Source: a virus
Reading direction: 5' to 3' (one strand)
IMG/VR virus record: IMGVR_UViG_3300037567_000704
Span: 1 to 64,000 of that record
Length of the DNA stretch: 64,000 bases
A program made the translations under genes and the position numbers. The notes under the pieces were generated by a model that saw only the letters and a list, made by a program, of their open reading frames with translations, was not told the DNA's origin and made no database searches. Shown here one piece after another: positions 16,760-26,554 of the stretch. Position 1 is the first letter of the stretch; each line of letters opens with the position of its first letter.

Positions 16760-17314
16760 TCAATCACCCCAAAACCCGATGTTATCAGTATATTGGGAGT
16801 ATCGCTCAGTCATAAGTGTTCTGTATTCGGAGTAAGTCATCGAGTTATCAACCAACCAAGAGTCACCCCATACAGTATCAAATGAACTCTCTTCAGGTGG
16901 TGTCCATGTTTCAAAATCTGCTACCACCACCGAGAAGGTATCATCCTTAGCACAATCTTCCCACACCAAGTCCACCACATCCTGAGCCACTTCTATGATG
17001 GTCACAGATGTGACTGCCTCATTGTCTATCAATGGCTGATGACACATACCTAGACCAAGCCCACCTATCAGGACATCTCCTGTTGCATTATTCCATAGCC
17101 ACTGATGTTCTACATATTCTGCATCAGAGTTCTGCATGATGGGCATGAGACAATTTTCTTTGAGTAGGACTGTCCACGAATCAAATGATTCATTCGCACA
17201 CTTAGACATACTGAGATACAGTTGCCAATCTTTCTCTGTGGTTTCATCTGTATAGATGGCGATTTCATAATCACCGGAAGTCCCTTCGGGGATATCAACT
17301 TCTATTCTTGTCAT
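16760..17314 (-). CDS. Class I SAM-dependent methyltransferase (spermidine-synthase-like fold)
   Basis: GDVLIGGLGLG motif I, VTIIE acidic motif II, VVADF, FDTVWGDSW. Confidence 0.8.
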   Translation of the reverse strand: MTRIEVDIPEGTSGDYEIAIYTDETTEKDWQLYLSMSKCANESFDSWTVLLKENCLMPIMQNSDAEYVEHQWLWNNATGDVLIGGLGLGMCHQPLIDNEAVTSVTIIEVAQDVVDLVWEDCAKDDTFSVVVADFETWTPPEESSFDTVWGDSWLVDNSMTYSEYRTLMTERYSQYTDNIGFWGD

Positions 17315-17315
17315 A

Positions 17316-17876
17316 TCAACTACCTATGAAATTGTAAGTCAGAACGCAATTGGTTGCGTCTGTATCGCCAGTGGAGTTGGTCGCTGTGGCCCTGAGAGTC
17401 ACTACTATTGAGTCTCCAGCCGATGGGTATGTCTGTCCACCTCGACCCCCTCCAAATGATATTTTGAGGATTTCACCTACACCACTAGATGTGCAATCTT
17501 GCGCGGTTGATGCCGTACCTTCAACAGTAGCAGTGCCACTGCTAAGACTTGAGGATGTTAGTGATAAATCCCAAAGAAAACTCGTCGCACCTGTCGCCCT
17601 GATATAACCTAAGAACTTATTGTTTGAGTTTGAAGAACAGCCGTCAAAAGCATCAAACTCGGCTACATTCATGCTATGTGTTATGGCATTACTGGAAAAT
17701 TGTATCGGGCCAACATTCATCGACCCGAAACCGCAAGAGGTAGCATCTACCACGGTGAATGACTCATCATAGTTTCCTGAAGAGCCGGTGGCAATTGAGA
17801 CATCCGTTGGTGCAGTTGCAGGAGCAGCCTGATTTCCTTGTTGAGCCACAACTCCGGCTGTGCCTATGAAACTCAT
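17316..17876 (-). CDS. Putative fibre-tip adhesin / receptor-binding protein
   Basis: Ser/Thr/Gly-rich beta protein starting MSFIGTAGVVAQ, ATGA-coupled to the long fibre gene. Confidence 0.5.
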   Translation of the reverse strand: MSFIGTAGVVAQQGNQAAPATAPTDVSIATGSSGNYDESFTVVDATSCGFGSMNVGPIQFSSNAITHSMNVAEFDAFDGCSSNSNNKFLGYIRATGATSFLWDLSLTSSSLSSGTATVEGTASTAQDCTSSGVGEILKISFGGGRGGQTYPSAGDSIVVTLRATATNSTGDTDATNCVLTYNFIGS

Positions 17877-20800
17877 GCGCCTACCTGCACCCAATTATCT
17901 GTTGAAACGCAGACATAACTTGTAGCATCATGGTCTGCTACTGCTGCATTAGCGGCCCAACCTGACACTATTGCTTCTCCACTACTGAATGCAACAGTAG
18001 CACTAGAGCCGGTGTTGTTGAAGATAGTAAAATGAGCCCCTGCTACTGTGTTTGCTGGAAGAGTTAGCGTTCCGGATGTCCAATATACATAGGAGCCGCT
18101 TTGAGCCTGTGTGAGAACCGTGTTACCTGCTACTGCTACAACATCTGCTAATTGGTTAAGCGACACATTGCCATTTGAGTCACCTGTAATCCACACAGGG
18201 GAGCCATCACCCGAAGAAATTGAGAGTTGGTCATTGGCTGTTGCGCTTGCCGCATCTGCTCCGCCAATCATAACATTGTTTGAACCGGAAGTGATATTGT
18301 CGCCAGCACCGAATCCAATACCGAGGTTGTAGGAACCCGTATTAACAGCAGCAAGTGAGTTATTACCAAGTGATGAATTGTATTCTCCTGTTGAAGTCAC
18401 TTTGAGTGCGTTGTAGCCAATGGCTGTGTTCTTGCCTCCCGTCACGGTTCCCGTTGCACCATAGAGTGCATTTCCTCCTATTGCTGTATTCTGATATTGG
18501 GTCGTAGCATAATACCCCGCTTGATAACCTATGAATGTGCTATATCCGGCAGTAGTAGTGGCTGAACCAGCCTCATGTCCAATGGCGACATTCTTATCCC
18601 CACTCGTCAAAACATCGAGTGAGTAGTTTCCAATTGCTATGTTCTTCTCGCCACCATTAACAGCACCACCGAGGGCATCGTAACCGATGGCGATGTTGTC
18701 GCTGTCCGTTGTAGCGGCATCGAGAGCAAGACTTCCGATTGCGATATTCCTTGTGCCTGATGTTATATTCAGGGCGGCATCATTACCTATTCCTATGTTA
18801 TCGCTGGCAGTTGAATCCTGTAATGCATAATTTCCGATGGCTACATTTCGCGCTCCACCAACACCATAAGTGAGTGCAAGATTACCAATGGCTACATTCT
18901 CATCGCCTGTGTTGTTGCCACCTGCTGATTTCCCCACGAACACATTGTCGTTGCTTGAACCTGTTGTCCCTCTCTTACCGGCATTCGTCCCTACGAATGT
19001 ATTGTTGCCTCCGGTATTGAATCTCCCTGCGTTATCTCCAACATGGACGTTACTACTACCTGTGGTCAATACATCCCCCGTTTCTCTACCTATCAGCACA
19101 TTGTTACTACCCGAAGTAAGTGAATCCGCAACATCATACCCTATTGCGATGTTGTAATCTCCACTTTCAATACTCTCTAATGCATCTTTTCCAAGACCGA
19201 TGTTTCCTGTCGCAGTTGATAGAGTGCCTGTTGTCGGTGCTGAACCATCGCTATCTGTCTGAAGTAAGAACCCATCAACCCAATTAGTAGCATCCATCAT
19301 CACATCCGTCAAACCACCAATGACAGAAGCACCACCAACAGCAGAACCCGCTACTGTTAGAGAACCGGGGATATTGACGACACCTGCGCTTGTTCCTGTA
19401 AGCCATGAAACCCCGCCATCTCCTGACGAGATGAGTAATTGACTATCGCCTGTCGCACTTGCAGCATCACCGCCACCGATAATCACATTGAAATCGCCGG
19501 TAGTGATATTGTCGCCGGATTGATACCCTACGGTGATATTCTTATGCGCCGCCCCACCGAGGTTATAGCCCGCCTTGTAGCCTAATCCGATGTTGTAATC
19601 GCCCGATAATGAACCATTCTGCATGGCCCATGAGCCTATTGCTACATTGTGGTCGCCAGTGTTATCTGCATTCATCATCGCCCCATAACCAATCGCTACT
19701 GAATAGACGTGATTACCAAAAGCACCAGCATTATAGCCGAAGAATGAGTTTCCATAACCTGATGATAATTGACTCCCTGCTCCGTGACCTACTATAGTGT
19801 TGTAAGCACCACCGGCTATGGCATCACCAGCATAGTTTCCAATGACTACACAGTTAATGGCACCATTAGCAGCGCCCATAGCATCGTAGCCGATGGCGAT
19901 GTTATCTGATTCGGTGTCTGCGGCATCATAGGCTGTCTTTCCAATAGCGATATTCCGAGTACCTGTGGTGATTGCATACCCCGAACCTGCACCTATGGCG
20001 ATATTGGCTTCTCCTGTTGAAACATTTTTCATGGTGTTAGTACCCATCGCTATATTGTCCCAACCTTGATTGCCCGCACCTGTTGCCGCAGCACCTTCCA
20101 TCGTACTATAACCAATGGCTATGCTACCATAACCATCCACTCCATACTTACCGGCGGCAAACCCAACAGCGACACCACCGGCAGCACCGGTTGTTACCCC
20201 CCCACCTGCTTGCTTGCCAATGAAAACTCCATTATTCATCCTAGAGTTTTGTCCTGCATCATATCCTATTGCTACAATACCAGTTTGAGTGTTTATTGCG
20301 CTACCGGCTCTTCCGCCGATTACAACACTATCCTCACCAGTGGTTATTGAATCTCCAGCAGTCCAACCTATTGCGACATTGTAGTTTCCTTCCGTCATCG
20401 CCTTACCCGCATCTTTTCCTATTGCGACATTGTAGGTTCCTTCAGTTAATGCCGCAAAAGCATCTTTACCCATTCCCACATTCCCTGTTGCTGATGATAG
20501 GGTCCCTGTTGGTGGCGCGGCTCCATCAGGTGATATGAGAATGCTGTCTGTAAAATTAGTGATGTTGCTGATTACATCTGTTAATCCATTGAGAGCAGAA
20601 GCACCGCCAACTGCTGAACCAGCGACGGTTAGAGAACCGGGGATATTGACTACACCTGCTTCTGTCCCTGTAATCCATGTAGTACCACCATCACCATCTG
20701 AAATTGATAATTGGCTATCTCCTGTTGCGCTTGATACATCAGCCGCGCCTATGACGACATTGTTTGAGCCCGTAGTGATGTTATTTGCAGCATCGTGTCC

Positions 20801-22324
20801 TATGCCGATATTGGCTGAACCTGTTGTAATTACGTCTAAAGAACCATATCCCATAGCAGTATTATTATCACCTGTGAAATTAGTGGTACCAAACATAGAA
20901 CCATAACCAAGCCCTGTATTCTTTTCACCACCTCTTGAATAATAACCCGCATACGCACCAAAGTAAGCATTGTAACCTGTTTCCTGTTCCAAATACATCG
21001 CTTGATTACCAACGGCTGTGTTTCTCCCACCGATGGTTTGAGACAGACCTGCCCCACTTCCAATAAGGACATTGTAAGAGCATCTTAATGTTCCACTACT
21101 CCAAGTGGACATGGTTTTACCTGCCTCGTGACCTATCACCACATTGTATGCACCATTTGTAAGTGCTGCACCTGCTTCATTACCGATGTAAACTGAGTTA
21201 GCAATGTCACTTGAACCTGTTATCAATGAACCTGCGGCGTTGTATCCTATTGCTATCAGATTATCAGCAGTTGTTACTGCATCTGCGGCATAGTTACCAA
21301 TCGCTATCGTTTTTTCTGCACCTGCAACAGCGCCACCGAGAGCAGAAATACCTATTGCGATGTTATCGTTTTCCGCATCGAATCCATCTGCGGCATTTTT
21401 CCCGATGGCGATATTCCTAGCCCCGCTTGTTAGCATTCCCAATGTGTAATTTCCTATACCAAGATTGTCTGCTCCGCTAACAGCACCATTTGTGTTAGTG
21501 CCATCACCATACATTGACTGATAACCGATACCCAAGTTGTCGCTGTGTGCTGTACCCATCCTGATTGCCTGATAACCTATCGCTATGTTTCTTGAGCCGG
21601 TAGTTTGCACCAGTAGTGTTTGTGTGCCTACGCCTATGTTGTAAGTCCCACTTGTTAGATTCTGTAATGCAGAAGCCCCCATTCCTATATTGGAAGAGCC
21701 CGTTACAGCCGAACTCAACGAACTATTTCCCACCGCTATGTTTGAACCACCATCTCCCGAATTGAATAATGCTCTATAACCAACTGCGACATTGTTTGCG
21801 CCGGTATTCGATTGTTGTGCTTGATAACCAATGGCTGTGTTGTAACCTCCGTCAGTCACAGCACTACCCGCCTCCATTCCGATGAATGTATTGGCATTAC
21901 TATCTACTATTGCATCACCCGCCTTGCTACCGATAACAGTGTTTTTAGTTCCCGAAGTCAATGCCGTGAATACATCCTTCCCCATTCCTATGTTATCACT
22001 TGCACTGCTAAGATTCCCATGTGGGGGAGCAGCCCCATCGGGGGATATGAGAATACTGTCTGTAAAATTAGTGATGTTGCTGATTACATCTGTTAATCCA
22101 TCAAGGTCAGAAGCACCACCAGCAGCATTAACAGCGCTCGCTGTGGTAATTTGAATATCCGTTCCGTTATCATCTGTGAAGTATAGCAGACCGTCTCCGG
22201 TATCTTTCACCCAAAGTTGGCTGTAACCTGCTGCATCGCTTTCTGCGTTCGCTTGCTCTTTCAACGATATTGTTCCGCTCGCAACGGTTAATCCTTTCTT
22301 TATTACAAAATTCTTTTCTGCCAT
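17873..22324 (-). CDS. Long tail fibre with Gly-rich N-x-A-I-G (YadA/Hep_Hag-like) beta-roll repeats, three tandem modules
   Basis: Dozens of roughly 14-aa N(I/T)AIG repeats; repeated linkers GVVNIPGSLTVAGSAVGGAS and LTDVISNITNFTDSILISPDGAAPP; GGTGA SD. Confidence 0.8.
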   Translation of the reverse strand: MAEKNFVIKKGLTVASGTISLKEQANAESDAAGYSQLWVKDTGDGLLYFTDDNGTDIQITTASAVNAAGGASDLDGLTDVISNITNFTDSILISPDGAAPPHGNLSSASDNIGMGKDVFTALTSGTKNTVIGSKAGDAIVDSNANTFIGMEAGSAVTDGGYNTAIGYQAQQSNTGANNVAVGYRALFNSGDGGSNIAVGNSSLSSAVTGSSNIGMGASALQNLTSGTYNIGVGTQTLLVQTTGSRNIAIGYQAIRMGTAHSDNLGIGYQSMYGDGTNTNGAVSGADNLGIGNYTLGMLTSGARNIAIGKNAADGFDAENDNIAIGISALGGAVAGAEKTIAIGNYAADAVTTADNLIAIGYNAAGSLITGSSDIANSVYIGNEAGAALTNGAYNVVIGHEAGKTMSTWSSGTLRCSYNVLIGSGAGLSQTIGGRNTAVGNQAMYLEQETGYNAYFGAYAGYYSRGGEKNTGLGYGSMFGTTNFTGDNNTAMGYGSLDVITTGSANIGIGHDAANNITTGSNNVVIGAADVSSATGDSQLSISDGDGGTTWITGTEAGVVNIPGSLTVAGSAVGGASALNGLTDVISNITNFTDSILISPDGAAPPTGTLSSATGNVGMGKDAFAALTEGTYNVAIGKDAGKAMTEGNYNVAIGWTAGDSITTGEDSVVIGGRAGSAINTQTGIVAIGYDAGQNSRMNNGVFIGKQAGGGVTTGAAGGVAVGFAAGKYGVDGYGSIAIGYSTMEGAAATGAGNQGWDNIAMGTNTMKNVSTGEANIAIGAGSGYAITTGTRNIAIGKTAYDAADTESDNIAIGYDAMGAANGAINCVVIGNYAGDAIAGGAYNTIVGHGAGSQLSSGYGNSFFGYNAGAFGNHVYSVAIGYGAMMNADNTGDHNVAIGSWAMQNGSLSGDYNIGLGYKAGYNLGGAAHKNITVGYQSGDNITTGDFNVIIGGGDAASATGDSQLLISSGDGGVSWLTGTSAGVVNIPGSLTVAGSAVGGASVIGGLTDVMMDATNWVDGFLLQTDSDGSAPTTGTLSTATGNIGLGKDALESIESGDYNIAIGYDVADSLTSGSNNVLIGRETGDVLTTGSSNVHVGDNAGRFNTGGNNTFVGTNAGKRGTTGSSNDNVFVGKSAGGNNTGDENVAIGNLALTYGVGGARNVAIGNYALQDSTASDNIGIGNDAALNITSGTRNIAIGSLALDAATTDSDNIAIGYDALGGAVNGGEKNIAIGNYSLDVLTSGDKNVAIGHEAGSATTTAGYSTFIGYQAGYYATTQYQNTAIGGNALYGATGTVTGGKNTAIGYNALKVTSTGEYNSSLGNNSLAAVNTGSYNLGIGFGAGDNITSGSNNVMIGGADAASATANDQLSISSGDGSPVWITGDSNGNVSLNQLADVVAVAGNTVLTQAQSGSYVYWTSGTLTLPANTVAGAHFTIFNNTGSSATVAFSSGEAIVSGWAANAAVADHDATSYVCVSTDNWVQVGA
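20532..22101. repeat. 58-bp near-perfect internal duplication in the long fibre gene
   Basis: 20532-20589 vs 22044-22101 differ at one position. Confidence 0.9.
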
Positions 22325-22349
22325 TCAATCACCATGATTTCACTATCCA

Positions 22350-24692
22350 TCATTGCTTCGCTAAGTGAGTTGCTACTACATCATATGTGAGTGCGGAAAT
22401 AGTGCCACCACTTATGTTTGTGAAAATTAGGTTGATGTTAGTGCCGTCCACAGTAGTGCTGAGATTACCCAATGCAGTATCTGAACTGATGTAAGCGTAT
22501 GTCGTCATGTCAATACTCGCGGCAGCGTTTTCAGCATTTGAGGCGTGTCCTCCCCATGTTACCAATACCTCGAACGCATCAACATCTGTGCCATCAGTGA
22601 CCTGTCCTACATATTTCACAGTTCGATATGTAGCCCAAGCGAATTGTGCGAGTTCTTGTGTTCCAGCATTGGCCACGCTACTTGCGGTTCCAGTAGAAGT
22701 ATCTAAGACAGCAATTGCATCTACACTCAGAGTGCCACCCTTCAATTCACCTGCTGCTGTGAGATTACGGAAAGATGCTATATCCTTGTTTGAGTCAACT
22801 ACCACTGCCCTGCTTGCTGTTACAGTCCCACCTGCTGTGGTGATGCCATCGAGGACACCCAACTCAGCAGTTACGAGAGTTGTTGAGTCAAGAGTGAGAG
22901 AGGTATCTCCGGTAATCGTGCCCGAAACCGCCAGACTGGTTCCAACAATAGCACCGCCAGTCAGAGTGCCAGATGTGGAAATGGTCCCTGAGCCTACATC
23001 TATTGAAGTGAAACCTGATGTAATCGAGCCAGCATTAAGAGCGCCTACTGTGACAAGAGAACTCGCTGTCGTGCCATACCAAGTGGTCGAGGTCAGTTTT
23101 GTGGTTCCACCGAAACTGAGATGGCCACTGGTGATATCCAAATCGTTCGAGAACGTCCAACCGTTACTGGTGTCGTATTGAAGACTGTGCAACGATGTTC
23201 CGGGAACATAGATACCTGAAGTATCAGCAGTGGCTTCAGTAGTATTTGCAGAGGAATGCTGCATGGTAGCGCCAGAGCCTACCGTGCCTGAAGTGCCGTG
23301 TGAATCCACTACAAATGTGTTAGTCGCCACACTGCTTACCGCATACACGCCGTCTGCAATACTGTTACCCATGTTTGAGACATAGACGTATTCACCGTTA
23401 CTGAAACCATGAGAGGTTGATGTAACGGTGACCACAGCGCTGGCTCTGGCATACGTGGCATCTTCCATTCCACCAGCGACACCAAGCACTATCGTCTTAT
23501 CCTCAGCAACTATTGCTGTGCTGTTAATTACTGTCTGGTCTCCGCTTATAGTGAGATTTCCTGTTATCGTCACATTGTCTTGGAAAGTGACTTCCGAAGT
23601 GCCATGACCGATTGTAATCGCAACGCCGCTATTCGCAGTTCCTATCGAGACGCTGGTTGCTGAGTCGAGAGTCAGTGCCCCGGATGCATCCAAGTCAAAT
23701 GTTGAGGCATCGAAATCAACAGCCACATCTGCATCGCCACCGATTGTGATAGAACCACCATCAAGCGTAAGTGCCCCTGCTGCGTCTAGGTCTATTGTCC
23801 CATCAGCAGTGATTGAGATGAGTCCATTGCCATCGCCAGAATTAGATGCGTTAATGGTCATCGTTTTGTTACTGGCATTGGCAGCAGTCATCGTGAGGTT
23901 GGTTGTGTCAGTTGAGTCCATTGTTAGGGTAGCCCCGTTCAAATCGAGATTACCTGCCGCATTGATACTCAACAATCCTGCGTTGTTTGTGGAGATATAC
24001 TCACCACCTCCTACATCATAGAAATGTAGTTTCGCACTCTGACCTATCAAACCAAGAGTTGTTGCAGAAGAATCCCAATGGAGATAATTACCAGAATTAG
24101 CACTGTAAGCCCTCAAATCTGCTACAGCGCCGCTATTGACCCCTCCTCGTCCAATCGCTAAACCTGTAGCCGCGCCGTAGGTTAAATCCAAATCACCCTC
24201 CATAGCAGTAGTCCCAGTCCATACACCAACTTGGTCTGCTGCTGGTGTCCCAGTAATTCCGACACTACCAGAGCCAGAAGTGGATGTGATGAGCAAGTCA
24301 GTCCTTCCAGACCCTGCATTTGTAGAGGACGCAAGAGTGATACCGCTACCCGCTAAGAAGCCGAAGCCATCATCTCTACCGGGGCCGTATTGTGTAGAGA
24401 ACACCAATGTCGCTCCGCCACTTGATGCGGTTTTGGGAAACCTGCTAACTTCTATTGATGGTACTCCTGAACTGTAACTCACCACATAGGTTTCTGGATG
24501 CAAATGAGCAGAAGTAACTAACATGCCTACCGCAATAGCAGCATTAGCAGAATCTAGCGTGACTGTAAAGTCAGATATGGAAGTAGTGCAATCAGCGATA
24601 GACAAAGCGACTCCGTCTGAGCCACCCCCAAGATGCAAGTGCTGTAAGTTTCCACCGATTTTTGTGCCATCAGAGTATGCAGGTGCTGCCAT
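22350..24692 (-). CDS. Tail fibre protein (780 aa)
   Basis: Gly/Thr/Ser-rich beta repeats (VTITGNLTISG); C-terminal YRTVKY...TTYAYI domain; GGAGGTGA SD. Confidence 0.7.
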   Translation of the reverse strand: MAAPAYSDGTKIGGNLQHLHLGGGSDGVALSIADCTTSISDFTVTLDSANAAIAVGMLVTSAHLHPETYVVSYSSGVPSIEVSRFPKTASSGGATLVFSTQYGPGRDDGFGFLAGSGITLASSTNAGSGRTDLLITSTSGSGSVGITGTPAADQVGVWTGTTAMEGDLDLTYGAATGLAIGRGGVNSGAVADLRAYSANSGNYLHWDSSATTLGLIGQSAKLHFYDVGGGEYISTNNAGLLSINAAGNLDLNGATLTMDSTDTTNLTMTAANASNKTMTINASNSGDGNGLISITADGTIDLDAAGALTLDGGSITIGGDADVAVDFDASTFDLDASGALTLDSATSVSIGTANSGVAITIGHGTSEVTFQDNVTITGNLTISGDQTVINSTAIVAEDKTIVLGVAGGMEDATYARASAVVTVTSTSHGFSNGEYVYVSNMGNSIADGVYAVSSVATNTFVVDSHGTSGTVGSGATMQHSSANTTEATADTSGIYVPGTSLHSLQYDTSNGWTFSNDLDITSGHLSFGGTTKLTSTTWYGTTASSLVTVGALNAGSITSGFTSIDVGSGTISTSGTLTGGAIVGTSLAVSGTITGDTSLTLDSTTLVTAELGVLDGITTAGGTVTASRAVVVDSNKDIASFRNLTAAGELKGGTLSVDAIAVLDTSTGTASSVANAGTQELAQFAWATYRTVKYVGQVTDGTDVDAFEVLVTWGGHASNAENAAASIDMTTYAYISSDTALGNLSTTVDGTNINLIFTNISGGTISALTYDVVATHLAKQ

Positions 24693-24707
24693 TCTTCATC
24701 ACCTCCA

Positions 24708-26543
24708 TCATGAATTGAGACACACAGGCATGCTTATGCCATTCATATTCACACCAAACGTCGCAGTTCTGTCAGTGCTGGATTTTTCTGCGTATATGCA
24801 GAACCCTATTGAAAGATATTTGTCACTCCCATCATTGTAGAGACCTGCACAGAACTCTCCGGGCGGGTAAGCATTCAGACTATTCGTGAATCTCGTGTTA
24901 TCTGTTCTAAACTCGACAGTGTTGCCATCGTAACAAGCGTATAATTTCTGAGACAACCATCGTGTCCTTACATTAGTTGATGTTATTTTCTCTTGGAAAC
25001 CACACTCAACCTCTACTGCGTGATACTTGTTGTTGGAACTGTTGTCCAGATTTATGTATGCAATAGTATGGACAGAACCTGCACCGATTGCTGCGGTCAC
25101 CGTATTGGTATCACTTGCTCTGAAGTTGCTGTTCTCCATGTTTATAGAAGTCAATTTAGTTCCAGAAAGCGCTATGACAGATATGTCTTGGTATATTCCT
25201 CCATCCTCTTTTGCTCTGATGGTAGCAGTGCTATGTAAATCTATACCTGTTCCTGCACTTGCTTGCTCAGTAGTGCTGTTGAATCCTCCACCGGACACTG
25301 TGCCTGTGGCATCCATTTTTCCTGTGACATCTATTCCTCCTGTCCCTACGACAACTTTCGTATTGGAGTTATACTTCAGGTTGATAACACCATCAGCATC
25401 AATGTTTAGGGGTGCTAGAAGACTTCCAGCAGCATCCACGGTTGCGATAGTTGATGCACCATGAGTAGTAGAAGTAATACTAAGTGTATCTCCTGTTGTT
25501 GGTGTCATCACAATCGAGTCATCCGTGATAACTGTAGAGCCAATAGTGAAATCAGTAGTCGCATCAATGGTCGTGCCAGAAATTGTCCCACCTACTAATG
25601 CCGTAGAAGTGATTGAGGTAGCAGCAGATACAGTTCCAAGATTGGCACATGTAACACCAGAAGCAGTCCAAGCACCATCTATGGTTCCTTGCCAAGTTCC
25701 AGCATTGATGTCAGCAGTTGTAACTGTGCCAAGGTCTGCGATAGTAGTGCCTGCGAAAGTCGTGTTCCTACCGAAGGTGAGGGTTTCAACATTAGTATTG
25801 AACACCATCCAGTCGTTTGTTCCATCTGTAATGCTTAGAGCGTCTGCCATAGCATCTCTGAGAGTAATCACTCCAGTGCCAGTATTAGCAGCACTGAAAT
25901 CCACATTGAGACCAGCGGCGGCAGCATCAACACTGATACTATCTGCATTGATGTCTCCAGCATTGGTGATGTTTCCCTCAGTCAAAGTCAGACTTGTGAG
26001 TGTTCCAGAAGTACCTGTTAGCGCGGCAAATGTGCCAGCACGAGCAGTATCAGCACCTATAATACCATCAATGTTAGTGCCAATTAAATCTGTAGCAGTA
26101 ATTGAGGTTGCAGCAGACACAGTGCCTAAATCAGCAATGATGGTCCCATTAAATGTGGAGCCTCGACCAAATGTTATCTGCTCACTACCGTTTGTAGTAA
26201 CCAGTTTGATGTATGAATGGTCACCAGTCTTGATATCCAAACCAGCAGCGACATTGTCTTTCACCTTCAAAATCGTTGAGTCAGCGGTTAGGTCAATCGT
26301 GTCTGCATCAATGATGAGGTCTCCAGAACCATTGGGTGATAATTTGAGATTTCCGTTGGTAGGTGAAGAAGATATTAATGAGATATTAGGTGACCCTGCT
26401 ACAATGCTCAACAGAGGACCATCGGTTACTCCTATCGTCCCTGAAGAGACCACTACGTTTCCAGTAGTCACAGCAACGCTTGTAGCCGATGCAGTTCCAT
26501 CAACTACAAGCCCTTTTCTTACACGAAAATCTTTCTCTGCCAT
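24708..26543 (-). CDS. Tail fibre protein (611 aa)
   Basis: Internal repeats IADLGTVSAATSIT; N-terminus MAEKDFRVRKGL shared with the 1483-aa fibre. Confidence 0.7.
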   Translation of the reverse strand: MAEKDFRVRKGLVVDGTASATSVAVTTGNVVVSSGTIGVTDGPLLSIVAGSPNISLISSSPTNGNLKLSPNGSGDLIIDADTIDLTADSTILKVKDNVAAGLDIKTGDHSYIKLVTTNGSEQITFGRGSTFNGTIIADLGTVSAATSITATDLIGTNIDGIIGADTARAGTFAALTGTSGTLTSLTLTEGNITNAGDINADSISVDAAAAGLNVDFSAANTGTGVITLRDAMADALSITDGTNDWMVFNTNVETLTFGRNTTFAGTTIADLGTVTTADINAGTWQGTIDGAWTASGVTCANLGTVSAATSITSTALVGGTISGTTIDATTDFTIGSTVITDDSIVMTPTTGDTLSITSTTHGASTIATVDAAGSLLAPLNIDADGVINLKYNSNTKVVVGTGGIDVTGKMDATGTVSGGGFNSTTEQASAGTGIDLHSTATIRAKEDGGIYQDISVIALSGTKLTSINMENSNFRASDTNTVTAAIGAGSVHTIAYINLDNSSNNKYHAVEVECGFQEKITSTNVRTRWLSQKLYACYDGNTVEFRTDNTRFTNSLNAYPPGEFCAGLYNDGSDKYLSIGFCIYAEKSSTDRTATFGVNMNGISMPVCLNS

Positions 26544-26554
26544 TATTCATTCCT

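Noticed and set aside
20532-22101. Near-identical repeat in a fibre gene as a DGR template/variable pair
   Set aside because: No reverse transcriptase in the window, one mismatch only, and both copies are in-frame internal linkers.
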